A stretch of 64,000 nucleotides of DNA. It comes from Dehalococcoidia bacterium. Its GTDB lineage: Bacteria; Chloroflexota; Dehalococcoidia; SM23-28-2; RBG-16-64-32. The notes beneath the pieces were generated by a model, which searched no databases, was not told the origin of the DNA, and was given only the letters and a program-made list of their open reading frames with translations. Of this stretch, positions 1 to 10,041 are shown piece by piece. The stretch is from the NCBI GenBank assembly GCA_963665775.2, contig CAXXTF010000001.1, positions 256,001 to 320,000 of the forward strand. Direction: 5' to 3'. The first letter of the stretch is position 1, and each line of letters opens with the position of its first letter. The position numbers and the translations under genes were made by a program.

Positions 1-359
1 ATGGCCGCGCAGGACAGGCCCGGGTAGAAGTCCACCCCCTCATGGATGCCCGCCCGATACACCCGAGGCGCGTTGGGCATCAGGTTTTCGTTGGCGGGGA
101 GGCAGACCCCCTCGATGGGGTAGACCAGGCCCGACACGGTGGATCTTATCGGCGTGCGCTCTCCTACAGCGGGAGTGGGCGAAGGCGTTGCCACAGCGGT
201 AGGCGATACAGCAGAAGTCATCGTTGGCTCCGGCTCCGCCGACGGGGTAGGCGTGGAGACCGTGGCGGAAGAGCCGGTACAGGCGCCCATAAGGAACACC
301 GCCGCCACTACCGTGGCCGTCGCTAGCGTCGCCGTCCTCTGCCCCACCGTTAAGCGCAC
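1..359 (-). CDS. M23-family metallopeptidase lipoprotein, 5' part (runs off the window start)
   Basis: Not in the ORF track. Manual translation from GTG 359 gives a lipobox (FLMGAC), a Pro/Thr linker, then LVYPIEG...NAPRVYRAGIHEGVDF (HxxxD motif of M23). Confidence 0.75.
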   Translation of the reverse strand, partial: MRLTVGQRTATLATATVVAAVFLMGACTGSSATVSTPTPSAEPEPTMTSAVSPTAVATPSPTPAVGERTPIRSTVSGLVYPIEGVCLPANENLMPNAPRVYRAGIHEGVDFYPGLSCAA

Positions 360-363
360 CCGC

Positions 364-573
364 TTACTTCTTGACCGGGTACCCTTCTTCCTCCATCGCC
401 TCCTCGACCGCTTCCATCTGCACCGCGGATGGGTCGTACTCCAACGTCACCTGCTTACTGTCCGGGTTCCCCTCAAGGAATTGCACGCTCGGCAACTTCG
501 TCACGGCCTTGCGGATACTGGCGATACAGTGGTCGCAGGTGATGTCAGGGGCCTCCAGGGTCACTCTGTTCAT
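364..573 (-). CDS. copZ: CopZ-like heavy-metal-associated copper chaperone
   Basis: 69 aa with ITCDHC (HMA CxxC); RBS-like GGAGG upstream; near copA and csoR. Confidence 0.9.
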   Translation of the reverse strand: MNRVTLEAPDITCDHCIASIRKAVTKLPSVQFLEGNPDSKQVTLEYDPSAVQMEAVEEAMEEEGYPVKK

Positions 574-585
574 AGAACCAACCTC

Positions 586-1335
586 CTACTCGATGATACT
601 GTGGTGGGTGGCCAGGCGCACGGCCTCAGCGTGGGCCGCTTCCTCCACCCTGTCGTCCAGCTTGCTTAAGGTCACATCCGGATGGCGGCGACGCAGCGCC
701 GTCTCTATGAGATGGTCAGCGAAGAGCGGGTTCTTCGGCAGTAGCGAGCCGTGCAGGTACGTCCCGTAGGCGTTGCGGTACACTGCCCCCTCGCCGCCGT
801 CCTCGCCGTTGTTCCCGAAACCGGCGATCACCCGGCCCAGGGGCTCCATCCCCTCGCCTAGATGGGTGCGGCCACCGTGGTTCTCGAATCCAGCCAGGGT
901 ACTACCCCGCCACTCCACCACCACGTTGCCGATGAACCGCCGCGCCCGCGGCCCGGGGTGCGCCGTCCACAGGTCGAACACGCCGACGCCCGGCAGCTCC
1001 TCACCCTCGCCCGTGCGGTAGAAGCGGCCCATCAGCTGATAGCCGCCGCACACCGCCAGCAGCGCCGCGCCCTCTTCGATCGCCTCCCGCAGGGCCTCGC
1101 CCTTCCCAGCCACCAGGTCTTCGGCCACCCGCCGCTGCTCCCTGTCCTGCGCCCCACCGATGAAGGCCAGATCGAATCGCTTCGCCGCCAGCTTGTCGCC
1201 CAGCTCCAACTCTTCCACCTCGAAACCGATGTCCCTCTGCTGACAGCGGCGCTGCAGGCACATGATGTTGCCTCGATCGCCGTAGATGTTCATCAGTTTC
1301 GGATAGAGATGGGCCAGCCGCAGTTTGATCTCCAC
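586..1335 (-). CDS. gatD: GatD/CobQ-like glutamine amidotransferase
   Basis: LYPKLMNIYGDRGN, VCGGYQ (catalytic Cys), FENHGG, TYLHGSLLPKNP; directly downstream of murT. Confidence 0.9.
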   Translation of the reverse strand: MEIKLRLAHLYPKLMNIYGDRGNIMCLQRRCQQRDIGFEVEELELGDKLAAKRFDLAFIGGAQDREQRRVAEDLVAGKGEALREAIEEGAALLAVCGGYQLMGRFYRTGEGEELPGVGVFDLWTAHPGPRARRFIGNVVVEWRGSTLAGFENHGGRTHLGEGMEPLGRVIAGFGNNGEDGGEGAVYRNAYGTYLHGSLLPKNPLFADHLIETALRRRHPDVTLSKLDDRVEEAAHAEAVRLATHHSIIE

Positions 1336-1336
1336 C

Positions 1337-2725
1337 TCAGTCCTCCTGCCAGAGGGCGGACCGCCCGCCCCAGCGAGCCAGCAGCCCGCGCAACTCCAGC
1401 ATGGCTGTGTAGGTCGGGATCACGTACAGAGTGGCCTCCCCCGGCGTCTCCCTCAGCGCCTGCTGCAGGGCCTGAGAGGCGTCCGGCTCCACCCGCGATA
1501 AGGAGTCCATCCCCGCGTACTTGAGGCGCAGCGCCATGTCCCAGGCGCGAGTGCCGGAGACGGTGAGCGAGCGGGTGACTCCGGCCAGGAGCTCGAAATC
1601 TACGTCCCATATCCAGGAAACGTCCCGGCCGTCGGCGATGTTGTCGTTCAGGAAGAGGAGCAAGTCCTTCTGCGAGCCGTCAGCGGTGATCGTTCGCAAC
1701 ACCTGATTCAGCCCGGCCGGGTTCTTGGCCAGGATCACCTGCACCTGCCGCCCCTCCACTGTCAGCCGCTCCTGCCGCCCGAAGCCAGCCGTAAACGACC
1801 CCATCCCCTTATCGATCTGCTCCGCCTTCACTCCCAGGGCCACGGCCGCTGCCGCTGCCGCCAGGGCGTTGTAGGCATTATACAGCCCCATCAGGGGCAG
1901 GCTGGCCGCCACTTCCCCCTCTGGCAACGATAGCGCCACGTTCAAGCCCTCTAGCCCGCTCTCCAGCCGCCGGCAGGCCACAGCCAGCGCCGGTCGCGAT
2001 GCCCCGCAGTCCTGGCATCGCCAGTGCCCCAGGTGTCCATAGAAGACCGCAGCATAGGATAGCTCGGCCCCGCAGGCGGAACACCAGCGCGCGTCGGCCG
2101 CGTGCTCGAGCCGCTCGAGGCGGCAGGAGACGTCCTCCAATCCGTAGAACAGGACATCCCCCTTCGCCGCCTCAGCCAGGGACGCGACCGAAGGGTCGTC
2201 GGCGTTGAGGACCAGCGTCGCCGTCTCCGGCAGGGCCTGGACCACCTCGCGCCAGAGGGAGGCCACGTGCTCCACCTCACCGTAGCGGTCCAGCTGATCC
2301 CGGAACAGGTTCGTGAAGAGCACCGCCCGCGGACGCAGGGCGGCCACCGCCTGCGGCAGCGTCGCCTCGTCCACCTCGAACAGCCCCAGGCGTCGCCGTC
2401 GCGCTGTGAACCCGCCGGTTAGCTGCGCCGACTGGACCAGGGCGGCGGCGATTCCCCGCATCAGGTTGGAGCCGGCACGGTTGGCCACCGGCTTCATCCC
2501 GGCAGCCTGGACTATGCTCCGCAGCAGCCGCGCCGTCGTCGTCTTGCCGTTGGTCCCGGTGACGAGGAGGCTACCCTGCCCCAGCCCCCGTGACATCCCG
2601 GACACGATCCCCGGATCGATGCGCTCTGCCACCAGGCCGGGCAGCGCGGTGCCGCCCCCGAGATGCAGCCGCCGACTGAGGGCGGCCGCCCCCTTGGCGA
2701 CGGTTATGGCGGCGATGCGTCTCAT
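1337..2725 (-). CDS. murT: MurT (lipid II isoglutaminyl synthase subunit; Mur ligase plus DUF1727)
   Basis: GTNGKTTT, FEVDEA, NLFRDQLDRYGE, CxxC...CxxC zinc insert, KNPAG, DGRDVSWIWD. Confidence 0.9.
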   Translation of the reverse strand: MRRIAAITVAKGAAALSRRLHLGGGTALPGLVAERIDPGIVSGMSRGLGQGSLLVTGTNGKTTTARLLRSIVQAAGMKPVANRAGSNLMRGIAAALVQSAQLTGGFTARRRRLGLFEVDEATLPQAVAALRPRAVLFTNLFRDQLDRYGEVEHVASLWREVVQALPETATLVLNADDPSVASLAEAAKGDVLFYGLEDVSCRLERLEHAADARWCSACGAELSYAAVFYGHLGHWRCQDCGASRPALAVACRRLESGLEGLNVALSLPEGEVAASLPLMGLYNAYNALAAAAAAVALGVKAEQIDKGMGSFTAGFGRQERLTVEGRQVQVILAKNPAGLNQVLRTITADGSQKDLLLFLNDNIADGRDVSWIWDVDFELLAGVTRSLTVSGTRAWDMALRLKYAGMDSLSRVEPDASQALQQALRETPGEATLYVIPTYTAMLELRGLLARWGGRSALWQED

Positions 2726-2747
2726 CCTTCGCTAGTCTACGCCCTTC

Positions 2748-2969
2748 TTATCCCGCTAGCCGCTTGCGCAGCCACGGCGTCACGGTGGGCATCAGGATGA
2801 TCATGCTGAGCAGGAACACCCAGCCCGCTCCGCCCACGCGGGCCACCCACGAGTAGTCGCCCGTCAGAATCGTCACCAGGAAGAAGGCCAGCGCCGCCGC
2901 CAACGACAACGTCGTGTAGACGAGCGCCGCCAGCCGACCGGAACCGGAATCCTTCGCCCGGAACCTCAT
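2748..2969 (-). CDS. Small two-TM membrane protein, translationally coupled to copA
   Basis: ATG overlaps the copA stop (ATGA at 2966-2969); two hydrophobic segments. Confidence 0.65.
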   Translation of the reverse strand: MRFRAKDSGSGRLAALVYTTLSLAAALAFFLVTILTGDYSWVARVGGAGWVFLLSMIILMPTVTPWLRKRLAG

Positions 2970-5560
2970 CGCCCCACCTCCAGGGCTGGCTCCCACTCTC
3001 GCCGCGCCGCCTCCGGCCGGGCTGCCGGCGGACCCCGCTTCACCGGCGGCTTGTAGCCCCGCATGCGCAGGCTGTTCATCGTCACGGAGAAGGAGCTCGT
3101 GGCCATCAGCAGGGCCGCCAGCTCCGGGCTCACAATCTGGGCGACGAAGGGGTAGAGGACGCCGGCCGCCAGGGGGATAGCCACCGTGTTGTACCCGAAG
3201 GCCCAGAACAGGTTCTGCCTCACCAGCCGCATGGTGGCCTTACCCACCTGGACAGCCGCCACCACGTCCAGGATGTCGTCCCGGATGAGGACCACGTTCC
3301 CCGTCTCCTTGGCGACATCGGCGCCGGAGCCGATGGCGATCCCCACGTCCGCCTGGGCCAGGGCCGGAGCGTCGTTGATGCCGTCGCCAACCATGGCCAC
3401 CACCTTCCCCTCCTCCTGAAGCTCCACCACCCGAGCCGCCTTCTCCTGTGGCAAGACCTCTGCCAGCACCCGGTCGATCCCCAGCTGGCGACCGATCGCC
3501 TGGGCCGTACGACGATTATCGCCCGTGATCATCGCCACCTCCAGGCCCAACCGTTTCAGCTCGCTAACCGCCCGCGGAGATGTCTCCTTAATGGTATCGG
3601 CCACGGCCACCAGGCCTCTGGCCCGGCCCTCCATGGCCACGAACATCACCGTCTTCCCCTCCGCTTCCAGCCGCTCGGCCTCCGCCGAGAGGCCGTCCAC
3701 GACCACCTGCCGGTCGGCCATCAGCTTACGCTTCCCCAGGAGCACCATGGCCCCGTCCAGCCTCGCTTCCACGCCGTGGCCCGGGATCGCCTGGAACCCC
3801 TCCGGCTCCCCGATGTCGATGCCGCGCTCCTGAGCGCCCCGCATAATCGCTTCACCAAGCGGATGCTCCGAGTTCTTTTCGGCCGCCGCCGCCAAGCGCA
3901 GAACCTCGTTGGGAGGGCCCGCCCGAGCCAATACGTCGGTAACCGCGGGCTGGCCCTTAGTGAGGGTGCCGGTCTTGTCCAGCACCACCACCTGCACCTT
4001 GGCCGTAGCCTCCATGGCGTCGGCGCCCTTAAACAGGATGCCGTACTCAGCCGCCTTGCCCGTCCCGGCCATCATCGCTGACGGTGTGGCAAGCCCCAGG
4101 GCGCAGGGGCAGGAGATTATCAGCACCGTCACCGAGATCAACAAGGCCAAGCCGAAGACCTCCATCTCCGCCAGCCGGTAAGGGGTCAGGATCAGGCGGC
4201 TATCCGGGGTGAACCAGAGGTCGAAGCCCACGAAGAACCAGAAGAGGAACACCGCTACGGCCAGCAGATGCACAGCCAGGATGAAGTGACCGGCTACCCT
4301 GTCGGCCAGGGCCTGGATCGGCGCCTTGGTGGTCTGCGCCTCCTCCACCAGCTTGATGATCTGCGACAGCGCCGTCTCCGCGCCGACCCGCGTCGACCGG
4401 AACCGGAAGGCGCCCGTCTTGTTCAGAGTGCCGCCGATCACCTCATCGCCGGCCCGCTTCTCCACCGGGATGCTCTCCCCCGTGACCATCGACTCATCTA
4501 CGGCGGAGTAGCCATCGAGCACCATACCATCGACCGGCACGCTCTCGCCCGGACGCACCAGGCAGACTTCGCTTAGCTCCACCTCGTCGGCTGGGACATC
4601 CACCTCCTGCCCATCGCGGATCACCCGCGCCCGCTTGGGCTGCAGCTTCATCAGCTTACAGATCGCCTCCGAGGTACGGCCGCGGGTGACCGCCTCCAGG
4701 TAGCGCCCCAGAACGATAAACGCCGTCAGCAGGGCCGCCGCCTCGTAGAAGACGACCTTATCGCCGCCGAAGCCGGCGCTCGGCCAGAAGGTATTGATTA
4801 CGGCGATGAGATAGGCGGCGCCGATACCGGTGGCGTACAGCAGGTTCATATCGGTAACGCCGCGGCGCAGCCCGTTCCAGGAGTTGATAAAGAACTGCCG
4901 TCCCGGGCCCACCACGATAGGCGTGGTCAGGGCAAACAGCCACAGCTTCTCCCCCATGAAGGTGGGTACGATGTCATCCAATATCCACTGCTCCCGGAAC
5001 ATCCCCAGCATCACTAGGGCGCCCAGGGGCCAGGCCAGCAGCATGTAGCGCAGCTGCCGCCGGATCTCCTGCTGCCGCAACTGCCGCTCCCTGTCCAGGG
5101 CGTCCTCGCCCTCGCCCTTCTCCGTCACCTCGTACCCCAGGCTGCGGACCGTCTTCTTGATGGTCGCCGCCGAGACCAGGGCGTCGGAGAACTCCACCGC
5201 CACCGTGTCCGTGGCCAGGTTCACCGCCACAGAGGTGATCCCGGGCAGGCTCCCCAGGGCCTTCCTGAGCCCCTCTTCGCCCTGGCTACCAGTCATCCCC
5301 AGCACCAGCAGCGGCAGCCGCGTCCAGGGCACCTCGTAGCCGATCTCTTCGATGACCTGCTGCATCTCCGGCAGGGAGCAGGACTGCGAGTCGAACACCA
5401 CACCCGCCTTCCCGGCGGCCAGGGAGACCGTCGCCTCCTGCACGCCGGGCAGGCGCTTCAGGGCCTTCTCCACCTTGTTGACGCAGGCGGCGCAGGTCAT
5501 CCCCGCCACGGGCAGCATGATCTCCTCTATCTTCTGTATATCCTTCTCCTCTGCCTTCAT
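2966..5560 (-). CDS. copA: Copper-translocating P1B-type ATPase
   Basis: N-terminal GMTCAAC HMA domain plus a degenerate second [35 protein letters not shown] and MxxSS TM motifs. Confidence 0.95.
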   Translation of the reverse strand: MKAEEKDIQKIEEIMLPVAGMTCAACVNKVEKALKRLPGVQEATVSLAAGKAGVVFDSQSCSLPEMQQVIEEIGYEVPWTRLPLLVLGMTGSQGEEGLRKALGSLPGITSVAVNLATDTVAVEFSDALVSAATIKKTVRSLGYEVTEKGEGEDALDRERQLRQQEIRRQLRYMLLAWPLGALVMLGMFREQWILDDIVPTFMGEKLWLFALTTPIVVGPGRQFFINSWNGLRRGVTDMNLLYATGIGAAYLIAVINTFWPSAGFGGDKVVFYEAAALLTAFIVLGRYLEAVTRGRTSEAICKLMKLQPKRARVIRDGQEVDVPADEVELSEVCLVRPGESVPVDGMVLDGYSAVDESMVTGESIPVEKRAGDEVIGGTLNKTGAFRFRSTRVGAETALSQIIKLVEEAQTTKAPIQALADRVAGHFILAVHLLAVAVFLFWFFVGFDLWFTPDSRLILTPYRLAEMEVFGLALLISVTVLIISCPCALGLATPSAMMAGTGKAAEYGILFKGADAMEATAKVQVVVLDKTGTLTKGQPAVTDVLARAGPPNEVLRLAAAAEKNSEHPLGEAIMRGAQERGIDIGEPEGFQAIPGHGVEARLDGAMVLLGKRKLMADRQVVVDGLSAEAERLEAEGKTVMFVAMEGRARGLVAVADTIKETSPRAVSELKRLGLEVAMITGDNRRTAQAIGRQLGIDRVLAEVLPQEKAARVVELQEEGKVVAMVGDGINDAPALAQADVGIAIGSGADVAKETGNVVLIRDDILDVVAAVQVGKATMRLVRQNLFWAFGYNTVAIPLAAGVLYPFVAQIVSPELAALLMATSSFSVTMNSLRMRGYKPPVKRGPPAARPEAARREWEPALEVGR

Positions 5561-5573
5561 TCCGTTACCTTCT

Positions 5574-5789
5574 CTAGTGCGTCAGCCCCCGCTCGGCGTC
5601 CTTGCGGTACAGGACACCTACCAGCCGCCCCTCAGAGGTCGTAACCAAGATTCTACCCACTCTCCGCCTTCGCACGTGCTCCGTCATCGCTTCCAGTGGG
5701 ATGTCCGGCCGGATCGTGGTGGGGCCAGACTCCATAACCGATTCGACCGTGGCTTCGGGGTCGGCGTTTAACGCCTCCTTCCCGTCGCG
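5574..5789 (-). pseudogene. CBS-domain C-terminal fragment, in frame after the csoR stop
   Basis: Manual translation: ...EATVESVMESGPTTIRPDIPLEAMTEHVRRRRVGRILVTTSEGRLVGVLYRKDAE*; no start codon at the 5' end of the domain. Confidence 0.55.
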
Positions 5790-6056
5790 TCACCGGTTCG
5801 CCAGATCGTACAGCTCCAGCAGCTCGCTGATCACTTGCTCCTCGCGGCCGTCCCGGACACCCTGGACGACGCAGTTATGCAGGTGCCCGTCCAGCATCAG
5901 CGATTCCGTCTTCTCGATGGCGCGGCGCACGGCGAAGGTCTGCTTGAGGATGTCGGGACAGTACTTGTCCTCCTCGATCATCCCCCGAACCCCCTTCAGG
6001 TGCCCCTCGATGTAGTTCAGCCGCTTCAGCGCTTCCTGTCGCACGTTATCCTGCAT
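5790..6056 (-). CDS. csoR: CsoR/RcnR-family metal-sensing repressor
   Basis: RLNYIEGHLKGV...YCPDILKQ...GHLHNCV (C-H-C ligands); RBS GGAGAGG before ATG 6056. Confidence 0.9.
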   Translation of the reverse strand: MQDNVRQEALKRLNYIEGHLKGVRGMIEEDKYCPDILKQTFAVRRAIEKTESLMLDGHLHNCVVQGVRDGREEQVISELLELYDLANR

Positions 6057-6077
6057 GATACCTCTCCCTAAACCCAT

Positions 6078-6094
6078 ACCCCCTGGGAGGGGGT
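6078..6094. promoter_or_regulatory. Putative CsoR operator
   Basis: Inverted repeat ACCCCCT-GGG-AGGGGGT (C-tract/G-tract) about 20 bp upstream of csoR. Confidence 0.7.
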
Positions 6095-6165
6095 TTGCCA
6101 AATACAATCTACCACCCCTGAGGTGGTTCGTCAAGGGGGTCTAGGCTAGCGGCTGCGGCGCCGGC

Positions 6166-6513
6166 TTACGGATGCCGGAGAGGGTCCGTCCTCGAGTCGG
6201 GGCGGGAGCCGATGCGCTCCAGGAAGACGTCCATGACCCCGCCGCAGATCTTGTCTTCGCCGTCAATGGGGTTCGTAAGATCGACGTGCACGAGGCGGGG
6301 CTGACCGTCCTTCATGACCTCGCGCGCCTCGGACCAGACTTCGGCCTCGCCGCAGCCGCCGCCGATCGTGCCGGACATGGAGCCATCGAGACGAACGAGC
6401 ATACGGGCGCCGGCACGACGCGGCGTAGAGCCGCGGGTGGCGGCCACCGTGGCCAGAACGACGGGGACGCCGTCCTTCAGGGACTGCTCTATCTCCTGGA
6501 ACACCTCGTTCAT
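6166..6513 (-). CDS. XdhC/CoxI family, stand-alone N-terminal domain
   Basis: VLATV..TRGSTPRRAGARM...GTIGGGCGEAEV...CGGVMDVFLE. Confidence 0.85.
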   Translation of the reverse strand: MNEVFQEIEQSLKDGVPVVLATVAATRGSTPRRAGARMLVRLDGSMSGTIGGGCGEAEVWSEAREVMKDGQPRLVHVDLTNPIDGEDKICGGVMDVFLERIGSRPDSRTDPLRHP

Positions 6514-6842
6514 ATCTGCGCCAATCGCTCTCGCCTGCCGGATCAGGACGTTCGGCGAACCGATCACCTACAGTTCTATGGTAGACGAAGCCGGCGAGGA
6601 TGGCAACGGCGCTGCGTCAGGGCAGGCCGGAGCCTCACTCCTCCTCGGCACGCCACATGAAGAGGAAGTAGTACAGGAGACCGGCCCCACCACCACCGAC
6701 GAGAGGCCCAGAGACTCCGCTGAGAGCTCGAACTGAGCCACGAGTGCTCCTCTCTAGCTTTTCAGGCCGTCACGTGCGCGAAAAGCCTATCTGGCAACGG
6801 CCAAGATGTCAATACGCCCCCTATGGAGGCGAACGGTTGGGA

Positions 6843-7709
6843 TCACTCCTGGGACGTCGGGCGGCGCTCCTCGGACGCGACGCCTCGGCGCACACCCTTA
6901 ATCTCGCGCATGGGGCGGCCGCTGGCCCCGCGCCGCACCTGGATCACCTCGGCCATGATAGAGACGGCGATCTCCTCCGGAGTCTCGGCGCCGATGTGCA
7001 GGCCGATGGGGGTATGGACGCGGGCCACGGCCTCCGGGTCGGCGCCGTCGTCGATGAGGTGCTTGAGAACCGCGCTCACCCGCCGTCGCGAGCCGATCAT
7101 CCCCACGTAGGCCGCCGTCGAGTCCACCACCTGGCGCAGGCTGGCCTCGTCGTGCTTGTGGCCGCGGGTGACGCAGACGATATAGGTGTTGGCATCGATG
7201 GAGAACTCCCGCAGCGTCTCCACGAAGTCGCCACAGATGACCCGATCGGCCTCGGGAAAGCGCTCGGCGTTTGCGTAGTCGGCGCGGTCGTCCACAACGG
7301 CCACCGAGAAGCCACAGAGGTTACCGATGGTGGCCAGGGCCTTGCCGATATGGCCGCCGCCGACGACCAGGAGGGTGGCCGCCCGCTCATGCACCTCCAG
7401 CATAACCTGATAGGAGGGCCGACCCCCGGCCTCCTGGCGGCTGAGGCTGGCGCCGTCCAGAGCGAAAAACAGGGACTGGACGCCGTGGCGCCGGAAAGCG
7501 TCGGCTGCCTCTGCCTGGACGGCGGCCTGCATCGGCCCGTCATCCAGGGCACCCAGGGTGAAGCCGTCGGATCGCAGCAGAAGCTTGGCGCCCACGGCGA
7601 CCGATGCCTCCGGCGGCGCCGCGATGACCGTGGCCACCAGCACCGGCGGCCCACCCTCTAGGGCTGCCACCACCTCTGCCGCGATGCGGGCCGTAAGGTT
7701 ATCGCTCAT
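6843..7709 (-). CDS. XdhC-family molybdenum cofactor insertion chaperone
   Basis: VVGGGHIG, VTRGHKHD, YVGMIGSRRR, PIGLHIGAETPEEIAVSI. Confidence 0.9.
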   Translation of the reverse strand: MSDNLTARIAAEVVAALEGGPPVLVATVIAAPPEASVAVGAKLLLRSDGFTLGALDDGPMQAAVQAEAADAFRRHGVQSLFFALDGASLSRQEAGGRPSYQVMLEVHERAATLLVVGGGHIGKALATIGNLCGFSVAVVDDRADYANAERFPEADRVICGDFVETLREFSIDANTYIVCVTRGHKHDEASLRQVVDSTAAYVGMIGSRRRVSAVLKHLIDDGADPEAVARVHTPIGLHIGAETPEEIAVSIMAEVIQVRRGASGRPMREIKGVRRGVASEERRPTSQE

Positions 7710-8785
7710 ACGTGGAAAAGGAAATGAAGGATGTCGCCATCCTGGACAGCGTACCCCTTCCCCTCAGTACGCAGAAGACCATGCTTCCTCACCTCGGCCA
7801 GGGAGCCCAGCTCCAGGAGCTTATCCCAGGTGATGACCTCGGCCCGGATGAACCCTCGCTCCATATCGGTGTGAATGCGGCCGGCGGCCTGCAGGGCGCT
7901 GACACCGGTGGGGATGGGCCAGGCGCGGCACTCCTCCCCTACAGAGGTGTAGAAGGTGACCAGATCCAGGAGGTCCTGCGCTAGACGTAGGACGCGCCAG
8001 GTGGGGGTGTCCCCGGCCTCCATCTCGCGACGAAACTCAGCCCCTTCCTCGGGCGAAAGCTGCAACAGCTCCTCCTCCAGCCGGGCGCTCATAGCGCCAA
8101 CGGAGGTCCGGCTGGCGCCGTAACGCCCCAGGTACTCCCCCTCAACGGCGCCGGCGTTGGCCGCCTTGGCCTCATCGATGTTCAGGAGGATGAGCATCGG
8201 CTTCAGGGAGAGGAGCCCATAGTTGGCCAGGGCCTTGAGCTCATCGGGGCCCAGCACCTGATTGCGCAGCGGCAGGTCCGACTCCAGGTACTGCCGCACC
8301 CGCTGCAGCAGGAGCTGCTCCCGCTCTCCGGCCTCGCGGTCTCCCGGCCGTGCCGAGCGGAAGGTAATGTCCATCTTCTCCAACCGCCGCTCCACGATAC
8401 CCAGGTCGTTCAGCATCAGGTCGCCCTCGAAGGCCTCGATATCGCGATGGGCGTCGACGCTGCCCCGGGGATGCGGCACATCGTCGCGGTGGAAGGCCCG
8501 CACGACATGGATGAGGAGATCTGCCCTGCTCAGGGATTCGGCAGCCTCGCCAGCCGGTCCCGCTCCTGGCTGGAAGAGGGGCGGCAGATCGTGCAGATGC
8601 ACCTCGATGGGGGTGACCTTCTTGGCTGAAACCAGAGCGGCCAGCTTCTCTAACCGCTCATCGGGGATCCTGACGACGCCGATGTGCTCCTGGCGAGCGC
8701 TCCCGCCACCCGTGTGGCCGGCGGTGAGAGCCGAAAAAACGGTGGTCTTGCCGCTCAGCGGCTGCCCGACGATAGCGAGCTCCAC
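7706..8785 (-). CDS. ychF: YchF-family ATPase (Obg-like, DUF933)
   Basis: GQPLSGKTT P-loop, HVVRAF, AAGRIHTDMERGFIRAEV, EGKGYAVQDGD. Confidence 0.85.
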   Translation of the reverse strand: MELAIVGQPLSGKTTVFSALTAGHTGGGSARQEHIGVVRIPDERLEKLAALVSAKKVTPIEVHLHDLPPLFQPGAGPAGEAAESLSRADLLIHVVRAFHRDDVPHPRGSVDAHRDIEAFEGDLMLNDLGIVERRLEKMDITFRSARPGDREAGEREQLLLQRVRQYLESDLPLRNQVLGPDELKALANYGLLSLKPMLILLNIDEAKAANAGAVEGEYLGRYGASRTSVGAMSARLEEELLQLSPEEGAEFRREMEAGDTPTWRVLRLAQDLLDLVTFYTSVGEECRAWPIPTGVSALQAAGRIHTDMERGFIRAEVITWDKLLELGSLAEVRKHGLLRTEGKGYAVQDGDILHFLFHV

Positions 8786-8942
8786 AGCACCTCCTTATCC
8801 GCCCAGGGCCAGGGTAAGAGCAACGGGGTCAGGGGTCAAGGACACGCCCAGAAACTCCTGTCCAACCCCCTGTTGGTCGCTAACCTCAATAAAGTTTCGC
8901 CGACCCCTTGACAAACGGCAGCTAGCTTCTTATCAGCCAGGC

Positions 8943-9170
8943 ATGAAAAGAAAAGCGGGCACCCTCCTACCGATCGAGCTGTCCATCCTGGAAGCGGGCA
9001 TCGACCAGCACATGCACCAGCGCTATGAGTACGACGGCGATGACTATGTACAAATCAAGTACGATGGCATTGGGGCAGGGAGCGCGCCCGTCACACCGGC
9101 TGGCCCCGCGGCGCCGGTACCGCCTAGCGCGTCCGCGGGTCCAAGGCGTCCCGCAGCCCGTCGCCGATGA
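8943..9170 (+). pseudogene. Probable truncated transcriptional regulator (PadR-like N-terminus) fused to unrelated sequence
   Basis: MKRKAGTLLPIELSILEAGI, with TTGACA upstream; the sequence loses coherence after about 20 codons. Confidence 0.3.
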
Positions 9171-10038
9171 AGGTAAACGCCATCATGGTAACGGCGATCG
9201 CCACGGCCGGGTAGACCACCAGCATCGGGGTGGCGAATACCGCCCGATAGCCGGAGTCCACCATCCCGCCCCAGGTGGCCGTCGGCGGCGCGATGCCGAC
9301 GCCGATGAAGCTGAGGGCGCTCTCCGCGAAGATGGCCAGAGGCACCCCGAAGGTGAGCACCACGATGAGCGGCCCCATGCTGTTGGGCAGCATATGTACC
9401 AGCGTGACGCGAGTGCCGCCGGCCCCTACCGCTCTGGCCGCCGCGACGTACTCCCGCTCCTTGAGGGAAAGCATCTGTCCCCGCACCAGCCGCGCCACCG
9501 TCACCCAGCCAACGAGCGAGATGGCGAGGATAATCACCATCAGACTCCCACCGGGCACCTCGACGTCCTCCAGCACTTGCCTCAGCAGAATGATCGCCAG
9601 CAGGTCCGGGAAGGCGTAAGTCAGGTCTGTGAAGCGCATCAGCAGATTGTCGACCAGGCGACCGCCCATGGCCGCCGCCGCCCCGATGGGCAGCGCTATG
9701 AAGAGAATCGCGACCTGGCTGAGGATGCCGACCGACAGCGAGACGCGGGCGCCGTGGATCAGCCGACTCAGCACATCGCGGCAGGTGCCGTCCGTGCCCA
9801 GCAGGTGCTCAGCGCTGGGACCGCGAAGGGCTCCCGTCGCGCAGTCCTGAGCGTTCGGGTCGTGGGGCGCCACAACATCCGCAAAGACCGCCACCAGCAC
9901 CAGGCTCGCCACGACAATGAGGCCCAGCATGGCCAGCCGGTTCCTTAGCATTCGGCGTAGCGCCTGCCTCCAGAGGGAGCGAGCCTCCTCCGCGGGCTCC
10001 AGCCAGCCCGCCCTGGCCGTCTGTGTGATCCCTGCCAT
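9124..10038 (-). CDS. Oligopeptide ABC permease (OppC/DppC-like)
   Basis: HLLGTDGTCRDVLSRL, EYVAAARAVGA (EAA loop), GDGLRDALDPR. Confidence 0.92.
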   Translation of the reverse strand: MAGITQTARAGWLEPAEEARSLWRQALRRMLRNRLAMLGLIVVASLVLVAVFADVVAPHDPNAQDCATGALRGPSAEHLLGTDGTCRDVLSRLIHGARVSLSVGILSQVAILFIALPIGAAAAMGGRLVDNLLMRFTDLTYAFPDLLAIILLRQVLEDVEVPGGSLMVIILAISLVGWVTVARLVRGQMLSLKEREYVAAARAVGAGGTRVTLVHMLPNSMGPLIVVLTFGVPLAIFAESALSFIGVGIAPPTATWGGMVDSGYRAVFATPMLVVYPAVAIAVTMMAFTFIGDGLRDALDPRTR

Positions 10039-10041
10039 ACC

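Noticed and set aside
6625-6741. Small membrane peptide on the minus strand with a good RBS (…LVGGGGAGLLYYFLFMWRAEEE*)
   Set aside because: Needs a frameshift to be coherent and belongs to no recognisable family.
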